A DNA stretch of 64,000 nt from Podarcis liolepis (GCA_965112155.1 OZ218103.1), one strand, 5' to 3'; counted from the first letter of the stretch, positions 1 through 12,750 are shown. Made by a program: numbers and translations. Notes: generated by a model from the sequence alone, not told the origin.

Positions 1-303
1 GAGATGCTTGGGAAAGAAAAGCACCCCGTTGCATCACCTGCAGCAGTGGAACTGGAAAGAAGCACCTTCCTCAATCACAGCTCCCCCCTCCCCATTGTGG
101 CAGGGGCTTCCAGGTTCCCCCCACCCCACCCCCAGCACCGTCATACAGGGAGAGAGCTAATCTTTGCAAAATGGGGAAGCCCAGAGCATTCTAAAGAAAT
201 GGGGCTGATCCTGACTCCAGTGGCATGGGAATAGTCTGGGTTTGAGGGAGGACCTTGGATTGGCTGGAAAGAGAGCTAACCTTTCCCTTCTCTCTCCTCA
301 CAG

Positions 304-383
304 ATGAGTGTCTTCCTCTACATTCTGGCCACCAAGGCCACTTGTGCTGCTCAGCAACAGGGTTTTGAGAAGAAGGGGACAGT
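304..383 (+). CDS. CELSR2: CELSR2 coding exon (7TM region; MSVFLYILATKATCAAQQQGFEKKGTV)
   Basis: Pyrimidine tract + CAG at 301-303; GTGAGT donor at 384. Matches recalled human CELSR2 MSVFLYILAARASCAAQRQGFEKKGPV. Ends phase 2, which fits the next exon. Confidence 0.93.
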
Positions 384-925
384 GTGAGTCTTAGCACTGC
401 TCTTGCTCCACCACAATAAAGGCACATCACAATCTTCCTGTGTGTCTCCTGCACTGTCTTGCCACTTGATTCCATTGCTTGGTCATCTCTGCTGCTTCTG
501 CTGCCATGTGCTTTTCCCCCACTGCTGTGCCATGTACGCTGCTGCCTTCGCCACACTGCTTTCTCCCAGCTGCAAAATCCCGTTCCCCCTTCCTCATCCT
601 CTGCTCTTTTCTGCGTACAGAACTTTGTGCCCTTTCATTTCCTGCCAAACTCTGGCCAAGTCGTTTTCCCCTTTGTTGACAGCCACCCAGTGTCACACCC
701 AACCCAGCCTTGATACTTCCAGTATTCTTGAGAGCACTGCATAATCCTTCTCCATAAAGCCTAGAACTGATATGGCAAAGCCAAGAGTGCCCCACAGCTT
801 TTGGCACATGGGATCCCTGTGAAGAGCATGTTGCTGGGGACCAGGGATGGCATGTGCCCGTGGACATAGTCCCATGAGGGCTGTGTGGGAGAGACCCCAC
901 TGACTGTGCTCCTTCTTCATTGCAG

Positions 926-1052
926 CTCCGGCCTGCGCTCAGGCTTTGTCTCCCTGCTGCTGATCAGCATCACCTGGCTGCTGGCCCTGCTGTCTGTCAA
1001 CAGCGATGCCATCCTTTTCCACTACCTCTTTGCTGGCTTCAACTGCCTCCAG
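926..1052 (+). CDS. CELSR2: CELSR2 coding exon (TM6-TM7; SGLRSGFVSLLLISITWLLALLSVNSDAILFHYLFAGFNCLQ)
   Basis: TGCAG acceptor, GTATGG donor; 127 nt keeps frame; adhesion-GPCR TM motif TWLLALLSVNSD..FHYLFA. Confidence 0.95.
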
Positions 1053-1654
1053 GTATGGTGGGCACCAGGCAGAGGCTCGGGGGGTGGAGAGGAGCTGGTG
1101 GGAAATCTCCCAAGATCAGTCATGTTGGTCCAGCGGTATTACTAGATTCCACGCACACACTAGAAATCACTTCTGTTGTGCTTAAGTCATGAGGAAGATT
1201 CTAGTTTGGAATATGATCTTTCACCCAAAGGACTGATCTCTAGCTTTGCTTAAAGTAGAATATTCTTTTTTCGCATTTCCCCCTCCAAGCTAACACATGA
1301 ATTATATAAATGAGGTGCTATTTAAGAAAAACAGCAATAATTATCTGTATAGAAATTGTTTACATCTGTATTGATTCATCCATATCAGCCTAATGAAACC
1401 CTGACTGGATTTTGTGGCATCCAGTGCAAACTTTGGATATCATGCTTTTGAGCATGTTTTTGAAGGAAAGTGCTACTCTTTGCTTTTGTGAGTCAGAAGA
1501 AACAGGTGGGAAGAGAACAGCGATGCCATTTGGGTGGAAGGTGGGAATAAGTGACGGGCTTCCCCTTGATGCTGTTGATGTTTGCCTGAATGCAGGCTGG
1601 GATATTCCAGGATAAGACAGTCAAGACTTGTGATCTGTTTGGTTTCTTCCACAG

Positions 1655-1777
1655 GGGCCCTTAATCTTCATCCTCTGTGTCCTCTTGTGCAAAGAAGTGA
1701 GGAAGGCTCTCAAATCTAGTTGTGGCAAGAAGCATGGCACAGACCCCACATTCACCACCAAATCTACCTTGACAGCG
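1655..1777 (+). CDS. CELSR2: CELSR2 coding exon (GPLIFILCVLLCKEVRKALKSSCGKKHGTDPTFTTKSTLTA)
   Basis: CCACAG acceptor, GTGAGT donor, 123 nt phase 0-0; matches GPFIFL..KEVRKALK..TTKSTLT. Confidence 0.95.
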
Positions 1778-2945
1778 GTGAGTGTTTGAGGAAGTGGCAA
1801 CCTAGTAGCCGTTTAAGCACGGAACAGTGAAAATCAGTATGTATGACCAGGCAGTGTTCTATAGCATGCATTTGGACATCATAATAAACTGTGGTTTAGC
1901 TTGATGGGAGGAATCCTAGGCAAACCTCAGGCTTACACACTTATCCCCTCTTCTCCTCTAGTACATCCACAAGGAGCAAATTTGAAGCTTTCATTTACAG
2001 TTTGAATTAATCATTGACTAACCCTAAATTTTGACTAATCTTAGTTCATGGTTTGTGGCTGATTTGTTTTAAACAAACCAAAGTTAAGATAGCCGGTTTG
2101 ATGGGTTTGGAAGAAGCCACAAACCACAGAAGTAAACACTTTGTCATTCCTCATTGTGGCTGTACTGAAGAAGGAGAGGGCAGAATGCATAGGCCCAGGG
2201 TGGGAGAGCACTAGGCTTATTATTCCTATCATGATCAAACCACGGTTTATCATACCAGGCAAATGCAGCCATGCTAGTTGTGTGTTCTGTTATTAAAAGT
2301 CGAAGTGAATCAGATTCCAATTCTATGCCAAGAAAAGAAGCTGGATTTGGCAACCTACATGAATCAATGCAATTAAGCAAATGTGAAGGTATTTGCTTGC
2401 TTTGCCAGATTTATTCTGCTGTTCCTAACCATGTAGAAGGAGCATGAGCATAGCTATCAAGTTTTCCCTTTTATTGCAAGGAATCCTATTCAGAATAAGG
2501 GAATTTCCCTTTAAAAAAGGGAAACATTGACAGCTATGAGCATGAGTGATATACGGCACTGCCACTGGAAATTGTATGCAACCTCCAGTCCACAGACTTC
2601 TGAGGTTTTCACCAGGCATCACCTATACCCTTTCATCCCTGTCTTCACAGTTTTAAAGGTTGGCCCTTTTAAGAGCTGACACCTGAAGCAGAAATCCTCA
2701 CATGGGCCTCTTCCCTTCCCTGGCAGCAAGCATACTATTCAAAAGCAACAATGTGCTGGCCTTTCAGCTGCCTGCGGTGGCCACCTCACTCTGCCTAATG
2801 ATAGGGGCGGCACAGGTGGGGGAATAGACTCCCAGCTCTGGAATGCATTTGCTGAGAAGAAAGGAGATATATACAAGGGGAGGCAGCTCCTGCCTCTCTG
2901 CTGCTCTTAGGGTTTCCTCTCCTCTGATCAGTGTTCTCTCACCAG

Positions 2946-3076
2946 GCTTATAACTGCAACAACACCTATGTTGATGGGCAGCTGTACCACACGCCCTTTG
3001 GAGACTCCACTGGTTCCTTGCACAGCACTGTCCGTTCCGGCAAGAGTCAGCACAGCTACATCCCTTTTGTGCTCAG
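2946..3076 (+). CDS. CELSR2: CELSR2 coding exon (AYNCNNTYVDGQLYHTPFGDSTGSLHSTVRSGKSQHSYIPFVLR)
   Basis: ACCAG acceptor, GTAATT donor; matches SYNC..GDSAGSLHSTSRSGKSQPSYIPFLLR. Confidence 0.95.
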
Positions 3077-3671
3077 GTAATTCCAGTTCCAGGGCCCTTC
3101 ATTGCACAATAGACATGTGAAAATAGGGTGGGAAGAATTAATATTGGGCAGAGGCGGTAGGTAGTATGCCTGTTGCCATTTCAGAGCAACAGTTTGTGAG
3201 ATGTTACCTTCCTAGAACTACTCACTAAACTGAATTCTTATGACCTCAAGGAGAGTTTCCGCTGAGGCTTGCCTCTTCCTTGGTCTTTTGAGGCTTGCCT
3301 CTCTGTCTCTCTTTTTGCTGTACTAAGGATTTTAGTTTGAGGCTGTTTCTTGATGTTGATCACTCAGGGGAGAACAGAGCAAATAGTGTTCCTTCTGGAT
3401 TGCTGAAGTCAGAATAAGGGACAGCCACTTGAGAACTCCTTTTCTGAACCGCTTGTCACTGACATGAGCAAAGGCATGCCTCGAGGGCCTTTGGCTTTTT
3501 TATAATGTTGATGATGCAAGTCTTTCTTGCCCTCAAGGTGAATATGCTCAACACTCACAGGAACATGGTGTACAGAGAATTTATAACAACTTTCCTGCCT
3601 GGCATAAGGCTTGCCCCTCTGCACTCTAGGAGCTCCGAGCAGCTATAATCTCTTCTGCATTATCCTTACAG

Positions 3672-3760
3672 GGAGGAATCTGGCTTGAACAACAGCCAGG
3701 TGCACATTGGGCCTCCAGATCCCAGTTCACTTTTCCTGGAAGCTAAGGATCCGAGCAACG
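3672..3760 (+). CDS. CELSR2: CELSR2 coding exon (EESGLNNSQVHIGPPDPSSLFLEAKDPSN)
   Basis: TTACAG acceptor, GTAAGG donor, phase 2 to 1; matches EESALN..DPGSLFLE. Confidence 0.92.
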
Positions 3761-5274
3761 GTAAGGAGATGAGAACTGGGCAACTTCTAAGCAAAACTGC
3801 AGAACTGTATGAATCTGTATTCAAAAATAGCCTTTAAAACTATGTCATGTGCTGTGATACAGTTATTAATGTCACAGGAGATTTTCAAGATGAAGGGGAA
3901 GGGAGGGTGAGGGAGATGACTGGAATTGTTGTTGTGTCTCAGTGCTTTTTTCACAGTGTGGCTATCTTGCTGAGGATCTGTGTCATTCACAGATAGACAA
4001 AGATTTTAAATGTTTTGTTTCCAATAAGGCTTTTAAACTGAAACTGACTGGGGAAGTTGGCTACTTAATAATGGACAATTGGTAATAGTCACAGTACTCT
4101 GTAAATAGTGAAAAATGTAGGAATATAATTATATCTGTTATGTAAGAGGTGATCATGCCATTTTCAGGAAGACTGAACACAATAGTGTTGCTTCCATAAA
4201 TCGCCATACTGGACTGAGCTAAAACAAATTGAATGAAAGGCAAATTGCCATGGACAGAATTTCAGCAATGATAACATGATCAAAGACAAACAGGTGCAAA
4301 ACAGTGAGCTTCATTTCTAGTGCTTGGTGGTCCCTGGACTAAACAACATTGGACGATCCAAGATGCATGCATTTAGACCCTTTACATCAAGTCACACATC
4401 ACTTGGATGTCCAATATTGTTTAGTTTCTGTAGAAGTAATGGTGGGGGCTGTTTTTACTTTTAAAACAGGCACAAGAAGCTCATGCTTTGATGATTATAG
4501 CAGTGTTGTGGAAGGGGGTGCTTAACCCTTTCTGCTCACACTGTTTCCCTGATCTCCCCTCCTCCCATACTTTCTCCTGGATACTGATAAGAACTTGGGG
4601 GAGGGGTGGCACAGGAGGGAGAGGTTAAAACCACCTCTCCTAGTTCTGCTGATATCAAATTTTGTGCCTGTTTAATAGTTTATTAAAAAGTCAGGTGATC
4701 CATTCACAGATCTCCTGCATTACAGTACATGTAGTCTGGACCCCCAAAACACAGACACCACTAGAATTTGTTTTTGTTCCTAGAAAATTATCCAGATATT
4801 TATTAGAGCCATTTCACACAATCAAACTGACAGAGACTATGAGAGAGGAATAGATTCTGAGCTAAGACGGGCACTTGCTGAAGCAGTTGTGTGATTGCCA
4901 AGAGGAATGCCACATACATGCACAGCTCGAAACTCCTCATTTATGCTGTCACCAGAATGTCGCTTTGATGGAAGCGTAATAAATGTAGGTCACTGTGAAC
5001 TGAGCCTGCAGGGAAGTGAATGCACGAAAGAATTGCTTCCACACATGTCGAAAATCAGCTGATTTGGTTTGTAAGGACTGCTCCAATTCACCATCAGGAC
5101 CCTTGCAAATTTGAGATTAAAACCAACTTGAGTTAGGGATACCAGGTGTTTGTGTGTGGCATCAGTTGGGAGAAGACTGGATGCAACAAGGATGGTTCTT
5201 AGACTGAAAGCCCCCTCCACCTAGGTACAGTGATGAACACACTCTCTCTAACCACCCTCCTCCTTTGGACACAG

Positions 5275-5448
5275 AGCGTGACACTGACTCAGACAGCGAC
5301 CTCTCTCTGGAGGATGACCAGAGTGGCTCGTACGCTTCCACCCATTCCTCTGACAGCGAGGAGGATGAAGAATTTCCTAGGGAGCCCTGCTGGGAAAACT
5401 TGCTGTGCCCCAACAATGAGAAGCTGCCAGCACACAGCACTCCAAAGG
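5275..5448 (+). CDS. CELSR2: CELSR2 coding exon with the acidic SE/D-rich tail (DTDSDSDLSLEDDQSGSYASTHSSDSEEDEE...HSTPK)
   Basis: ACAG acceptor, GTAATG donor; conserved CELSR/Flamingo DSDSDLSLE..SYASTHSSDSEE motif (ORF 5265..5510). Confidence 0.96.
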
Positions 5449-5710
5449 GTAATGCTGGGGATGACTTATTATCATTATTTATTTATTTTATTCATTTATA
5501 TAGACCCTGACCCACCTGCCAACCATAAGCTCTTTGGGTTCTCTACAACATAAAAACAATAGAAACTATTGGAGGGGAAAGCAGATATAAAACACAGCTT
5601 CTGGCAGCTCCAGGGATATCTGAGCCCTCCTATCTGTGGACTGGTGGGATGGGGTCAGAATTTGCAGACCTTGTGTTCAAACCTAGGTTTTTTTTCTCTC
5701 TTTCCCCCAG

Positions 5711-5935
5711 TGGACAACCTCACTGGCCCTGGGAAACCTTACTGGCCAGGTGACTTTGTGACCACCGCTAGCGAGAGCGATGGGCATGTTGGCTCAGAGA
5801 AGCTGCGCGTGGAGCCCATGGGAAAGAACGACCGGCTGGGGCCCACAGAGGAGATGCCCAGAGAGAATGGAGAGACACAGACCAGGGACGGCATCTTGGG
5901 CTCGCTGCCTCACCCCACAGCCCAGCCCCAGAAAG
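5711..5935 (+). CDS. CELSR2: CELSR2 coding exon (DNLTGPGKPYWPGDFVTTASES...PTAQPQKG)
   Basis: CCCCCAG acceptor, GTAAG donor, 225 nt phase 1-1; matches GPGKAPWPGDFGTTAKES..AQPHKG. Confidence 0.94.
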
Positions 5936-6739
5936 GTAAGGTTTGACTGTGGGAGACCCCAACGCCCACTCACCTGCTCACCCATGAAATCTTAGAAGGG
6001 ACCCCCTCCATCTGAGGCACCTTGCAGAATTGCGTCCTGGAATCCCAGTCCTATTCATCATATCAGTTGCAGAATTCAGCATCCTAAAGCCTCAGCCCAG
6101 AAACAGGATTCAAAGCAGTTAGTTACCTGGTGAAATTTCATGGGGGTGAATATGATTTGTGGGGCTCAGGGTGTGGTCAGTACACTGCATAGCTCCTTGC
6201 CCCTTGGCGTGACTGGAAGCTGCTCACACACTTTTTCTTGATTGACATCATAAATGTGGGTGGCAGAAGCACTTTTTTATGTGGTGCAGAATAGGGATCC
6301 TGTGTCTGGAGTGCTGAGCATACTGAACCCTCATGCCAGGACTGTGGAACCTGTGGCCCTCCAGATATTGTTTGACAGCTAATGGTGCAGCAATAAAACT
6401 GCTAGCACATTTGCAAAGCTAAGCAGCGTCTGGTCTGGTTTCAAATTGGATGGGGGACCACGTGCTGAGATTCCTGCATTGCAGGGGGTTGGACTAGATG
6501 CCCCTTGGGATCCCTTCAATTCTGTGATTCTACAACTCCAACTTCCACCAGCCCCCGTTGATGTGGCCAATGGTCAGGAATGATGGGGAATGTTCTCCCG
6601 CAACATCGATTCCCCGCCCCTCCATTGCCCATACCTGGCTCCAGAAAGCCAGGATTGGCCAATTCCCCGTTCCATATTGGCAACCTTGCTACCTGGTGAG
6701 GACATTTCCCTTGACCCCAGAACCTTGTTCCCTCCTCAG

Positions 6740-6983
6740 GCATCCTCAAGAAGAAGTGCTTGCCGCCCATCAGCGAGAAGAACAGCATCCAGCGGATCCA
6801 CAACAAGCTCTCCAGCTGCCGCTCAGGGATGGTGTCATCGCACGGCTCTTCGGGGAGCGACGGCAGCCGTGGGGGAGGGCCCCCGCGCCCCCGCCAGACG
6901 CTACAGGAGCAGCTCAATGGCCTTACGCCCATCACCATGAGCATAAAGACTGGCACAGTGGATGAGGACTCTTCAGGCTCCGA
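6740..6983 (+). CDS. CELSR2: CELSR2 penultimate coding exon (ILKKKCLPPISEK...LQEQLNGLTPITMSIKTGTVDEDSSGSE)
   Basis: CCTCAG acceptor, GA|GTGAGT donor; matches GILKKKCLPTISEK..LQEQLNG..MSIKAGTVDEDSSGSE. Confidence 0.95.
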
Positions 6984-7837
6984 GTGAGTATGGCTGAGCC
7001 TTCTCCCTGGGGGGCGATGCCCTCCACAGCCCACTCGCCTGAGCCCGCCGCCTCTGTGGAGCCCCCTCGCCCACACCATGCCTGGTGCATCGGATCCTCC
7101 GGGCTGCGACTCCGCTGTGTCTCACCTGTCCCCAGGCTGTGCCTCTCTCAAAACGTCTCCCTGTCTGCTGCCTTGTAGCTCCTTAGATCCTTTGTAGCTT
7201 TCGCTAAATGTTCTTGCCGTTCCACTGGACCTTATTTTCACACGGGCTTGCTAAGAATCTCTACTTCTATTTCCTTTGCCTTTTCCACTCACGGGCTAGA
7301 TCCTGACCTGGCACATGGCCAGGAGTGTACCTGTTTCTTCAGGAGCCACCCCATGCCCCACACCCCAATTTGGAAAAGGTGTCAAGGCAGCCTTAAAAAA
7401 CAGGCCGTGTCAGCCGCCCCTTTGCCGCCCCTTGTAGGCTGGGAGGGGGATTTATTGGAATGTGTGGGGAGCATGGGAACCAGTTTGCCCAGTGGGATAT
7501 TGGGAGAAGATAGCATCCCGGGGCTGAGGCTAGAAGCTATAGATGAGACATCCTTTCCTCTGGGCAATGGGCTCTGGTCCTCTCAAATGCCATGTCTTTT
7601 CCTGTGTTCTTGTAAGATGCTCAGGGACTGGGCACAAGCCTGCCTTGCAGATCCTGACTTGAGCAAGTGGGTTGGGCTAGGAGCCATCCTGACCCTGGGC
7701 AGGGCTGGGTGGATGTGGGGGACGGGGGGACGCTGTCCTATTCTAACTTCTTCCTCAGCTCTCTGGCACTAACCCAGCCTCTCCTCCCTTCTCTGTCTTT
7801 CTCTCGTTCTCTCCCCTCTCGCTTCAATCTCGCCCAG

Positions 7838-7865
7838 ATTTCTGTTTTTTAATTTCCTCCATTAA
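7838..7865 (+). CDS. CELSR2: CELSR2 terminal coding exon, canonical (E)FLFFNFLH-stop
   Basis: Long pyrimidine tract + CCCAG; GA|A TTT CTG TTT TTT AAT TTC CTC CAT TAA, identical to the recalled human CELSR2 C-terminus EFLFFNFLH. This identifies the gene as CELSR2 rather than CELSR1/3. Confidence 0.93.
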
Positions 7866-7975
7866 CACGCGAGCCCCAGGGGGGGTGCTTTGCTCAAACC
7901 TGCTCACGACCATGCTCATGTGTTTGTGTTTCCCCCCCGTCCCCCCGTCTCGCTTTGTGTTTGATCACTGAGCAG

Positions 7976-7997
7976 GAGCGATGAAACCTCAATCTGA
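7976..7997 (+). CDS. CELSR2: Candidate alternative CELSR2 terminal exon, (E)SDETSI-stop (class I PDZ ligand)
   Basis: Second pyrimidine tract (7921-7962) + GAGCAG acceptor; phase-2 splice gives GA|G AGC GAT GAA ACC TCA ATC TGA. Confidence 0.65.
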
Positions 7998-10900
7998 CGC
8001 CAACGCCTGCACCAGGCTCTGTTTCCCTTGTGCTTTGGCCAGTCCGGGAGCCAGGATTGCTCTCAAACCGCAGCGAGGAATGTTGTCTCCTTCAGCCCAG
8101 CCCGGCCCAGGGAGCCGGACCCACCATACCTAGTGCCAAATGAAAACCGAGCTGCCGCCCCAGCACCTGGGGGGGAGGGGAACAGCAGGTCCCAGGAGGC
8201 GGACCTACTTGAACCGATGCACTTTGGATCATTGTGAAAACAGACAAACAAGAAACACAAACTCAACCACCTCCACGTCTTCAGGGATTTTCATGCTTTG
8301 TTGCCCAGTCTGGAACTGCTGTGTGTCTGGAATATTTTTCTCTCTTTCTTATCTATCAGAATTGGGCTGGGGGAGCCTCAGCAGTAGCCATGTGCCCAGG
8401 CTTCTTGGAAATGCATTACCTGTGAAGATGCTTGCATATCTGACAATGGGGATGAGCTAGGAGCCTGTGCACTTGAAGATGGCTGCCGCCAGGGGGCACT
8501 GAAAATCGTAGGTTTTAGCATGCGAGGCAAATGTAGATGGCATCTTCCTCCTCAAATGGTAACTTGGAATTAAAGCCTGAGGGCGTGACAGACTTGGCCA
8601 TGCGGGAGGGACCTGCATGAGACCTATGCTACGTGCCGCTTGGAGAAAGTAGGCAGGCTTTGCATTGAAGCTGACTCCTTCGGAGGCTCTAAGACCTCAG
8701 TTGCATATAAACAAAACCAGGAGCGAGCCCTCATCCCCCTGCTCTGCAGTGTGTGTGTGTATCATAATCATGCTTTTTATGACCCAGTAGCATGGGCTTA
8801 AGCACACCTCCCACGGTGCAACTAAGGCACGGTAAAACAATGTGCAGGTCAGTCTCTGGCTATTTGGCACATAGGAAAGTTTGGAGCCCGAGATCTTGGT
8901 TGTGCCGTGCCAATCAACCATAGAACTGAGAAGGAAAAGATCGTCCAAATAGCTTTCCCTGGACTCTGTAGACATACACTAGCGCTCCCTGCAGGTGCGC
9001 AGTACCACCTCATCTCAAGGAAAATAAAAGGCTTTTCCTGATCTTACAGTTTTAACAGAGTGGTTGGATTGTTACAGAAACCCAGAGCCATTGTCGCAGG
9101 ACGCGAATCGCCATGATGCTACCTACAGCCGTGGACTGGACAGATTTGCTGGGTCTGCTGTGGATCTAGCCCCTTCCCTGGGCCAGCCTCAGTGCCCCAG
9201 ACTGCGCAGTGGGGCCAGGGGCTTAGGACCTCCCCAGTGGGCCACTGTTGGCATCCGTGGAAATGCTCCATCCTGGACCAGGGCTAACATCCTTTTCAAC
9301 CGTTTTTTGGTTGCGACAGCCACTCCTCTCCAAGCTCAGCCTGCCAATCCAGTGACTCGGCCCCGTGGGGATGCTCTGAGAGGCAGCCCACCAAGGTGCT
9401 GAGCGCCGTGGGTGTGGCCTGTTGAGCCGTCAGCCCATGCTGCAATTATTTTCGTAGACAATGACAAAAAGAAAAAAGTCCCACCTCCCTGCTCCTCTCA
9501 GCCAATCAGCACCTGGTCCACGTGCTGCCAGGCTGGAGCCGGGATGCTGCCTTGATGTCTCTCAATAGCGCCTGGCTCTCATGCCAACAGGGTGCTGCCT
9601 TTCTGCCTCAGAAGCCTTCATTTTTCTACACTCAGCCAAGCCTGATGCCTGCTCATAATGGGGATTTTCATGCTGGGTCCTTTTGGAAAGTACTTTTTTA
9701 TAACGTTCCTTGGGGTGGGGGTGGGGGGAGAAGAGAGATTTTTCTGATAAGGGAGTTGAGGGAAGAGGGGGAGGGCGGCCGGGGGAAGAGGGGTGAAGGC
9801 ACTGTTTATTTTGATGTTGTGGGTTTTTTTTAAAAAAAATATTTGACCACTGCTGAAGGATGTTCTAATTTAAAAGAGATGGAAAGCCCCTTAGGGGGCT
9901 ACATCTTTAGATTCGTAGCAATGTTAAGTCTCGTTAGCCGGGGCGCAAGATACGATGCGCTTGAACTGACTTGGTCGAGGTTTGCACAATGAGGAGTTAA
10001 TTGAGACTTGACCCATTGCTATGGTCTGGCTTGTCAAAGGATATGGTTCCAAAAAACACACCCCAAGGCTTCTGTGTTCGTTGCCTCTAGGAATCTTGGC
10101 CATTGCCGTCAGGCCTTTTTAGTGGCCTCTGTCCTTGCCAATTCCTATCCTTTTCTTGGAATGTTTTAACATGGATGTGATTCTCATGAACCTGTGTAAT
10201 GTCAGCCTGGCACTTTAGCAGCAGCCGCCCACAACGCTAAGCAGACAAGGGGGCTCAGTTCCAGCCTCTTTAATACATGGATTAGCCAGAGAGAGTCTTG
10301 CTTCCAACTAGTGTCCCCGGTAAGCCCATTTAAGTGAAAGGAGAAACTGGTGTTTCCCTTGCTTCTCTATCCAAAACAATAGTATCTGACTAATTTCCAC
10401 CTGCAAGTCTATGCTGTCTTTGACATCCAGCCCCACTTGGGACAACTTATTCTCATATCTAAAGCAAAATGGAGACCTATATTGAAATAAGGGTGGTCCA
10501 GACAGGCAAGGGCCCACAATTCCCCTTGTGTGATGCTATCTGATGGGTATTCCAGCACTAAACACAGATCAAGCAATCTCTGGACTTCCTGTCTCCTCCC
10601 GTAGGTGACCGAGGCTTCTGAGCACAGGGAACTGGGTGCAGCCCTTGGTCCTTGCTGGTCTACCAAATCATCTAGAACAAAAGCTGCATGTGCTGATCAA
10701 CTTTAGACACACGGAACAATCAGAACCAATTCAGAAATGGACTAGGAGAGGCAACAAGAGGAGCTTACCCTCTCAGACTTTGCATTGCTAACTCCAAGCG
10801 AGAGCAAGCAACGTCCCGGATCTCTAGACTCCAGTGAAGTATCTGCAGAAGTCGAGGAATACCTTCTGTGGTGCTGAATGATGGCTTGGAGGGAGGACCA

Positions 10901-12750
10901 ACAGTTACTGTTACCATGTCTTCCATAACACCGCCCCCTCCCACAGGAAAAGCTGGACGCATCTCTTCCTGCCAGCATTTGCCAAATATTTTCTCTTTCA
11001 AGGTTACATGACAAGCAGCTAGCTAGCAGGTGCAGCCATTCCTATTACTGAAGCTGCATGCTAGGAAAAGCTTCACCTGCTACCTTTTTCGCTTGCCATG
11101 AGACCAGGAAAGACACAGGAGTTGTACTAGGGGGGAGATTTCAACCTGCTCCCCACCCCAATCCCTACAGTACCTCTAACCTAAGGTTTTAGTCTGCAAC
11201 CCCCGTGCACAGAATAGTCTACCGTACCTTCCTATGCAAGCTCTTTCTCACGTGGAGAAAGCGCTAACTGAACAGATCTGAAAAGCAGTATTGAGGAAAG
11301 AATTATTCAGCACAAGCTCTCTCGAAGCAGCTGTTAACTTCTAGAACAAACTGTCTTCTGCCCCGTTACTCTGTCCAAGACGGGGCAGAATTGGAGCGGC
11401 GAGGGCATGTCCCTCCATTTGTGACCAAGTGTTAATGAAACCTTTAAAAGCACCAGAGATTGAGGAGGCAGCAGCTCCTAGACGAAGCACCATGCAAGAA
11501 CTCGGCTTCTGCTCCATTACTGCAATTTGCAAAATCTTTTTGAGTCTTAAACCTGCCGTCCACAGAGAACCAGTTTCGCCCATCGATAGAATTTATGTGT
11601 TTGGCGTGTCTGCATTTTAATTTATTTTTTTTACTGTTATCTTTTTGATGTGTATTCTTATATTTACTGGCAACTATCTGCCTGCTGCTGTGCCATCCTA
11701 GGGGAAGGGCTGGGACAAATTAGAGAGTCAAGGGGGTGAGAGGGGGTGGAGAGAATACCACCACCAAAGTCCTTCGAACCAGAAGTGTTAAGTTAAAAGG
11801 TATGTGAAGTCGGGAAACTTCTAGGGAAGTGCATGGAGAAGCAGCCTACTCCTGGTGAATCATCTTAAGCTGCATCCTATAGAAGGCACAGCCCGCCACA
11901 TGGATCTTCCACCTGGGAGGTTAGGTAGATCGGCTGACCCTGTGGCACTCAGTCAGGGAGGAATGGGGAACCAGTGACTCTACAGATGCCACTGGACTCT
12001 GCCTCATCCCTTACCATTGGCCATGCTGGCTGGGGCTGGTGGGAGCTGGAGCCCAGCAACATCCCTGTTCCTGCACTAAATGGACCATATAATAGGAGTC
12101 GAGAGTCTGAATGAACTGGCACCTGCAGTGAAGTTGCATTTGCTGCAGACTTTGGCTCTGCTCCTTTGCACAGCTCACCACATCCTTCACTTCACAGCCA
12201 CCACCGTCCCCACCTGAGCACATGTCCTTGTGGACTCAGTGTGTCAATATTAGCTCCAAAGCAGCCGACTTGTCAATCCACCACCTTCCTCTGCAATAGC
12301 CAATGGGGTCATTTTCAGCAGAGCTCAACCACAGCTAGATACAGTTGCCTCCTTTTGCTGGTAGGGCAACCAGTGCCTTGGATTGCTGCACGACAGACAG
12401 CAATTCAACAGACTTCTTTTCTGTTATTGTATCTTCAGGCTGGAAGAAGGGAATGCTACACCTGTTGGATTTCTGCCTGCCAGGTAGCTATTGAAGGTGC
12501 TGAAGCGTTACCAGGAAAGAATGGCAACTCTACTTTTCCCTAAGAAGCCTAGCTCTTCTCCCTTTTAGCAAGCCAGGGTGTAGGGGGGAAGATCAGAGGG
12601 GGGAAATGTGGTGGTTTCACCTTTTGGAGGAACAAAATGTTTTAACGACTGCTGTGATGCTGGCTCTTCCCTGGAAACAAAATAGTTGAAGTGTACAGGT
12701 AGGGTTGTTAATGTAAATACTGTAGGGTTCATTCCCCTTACCTACTAAAC

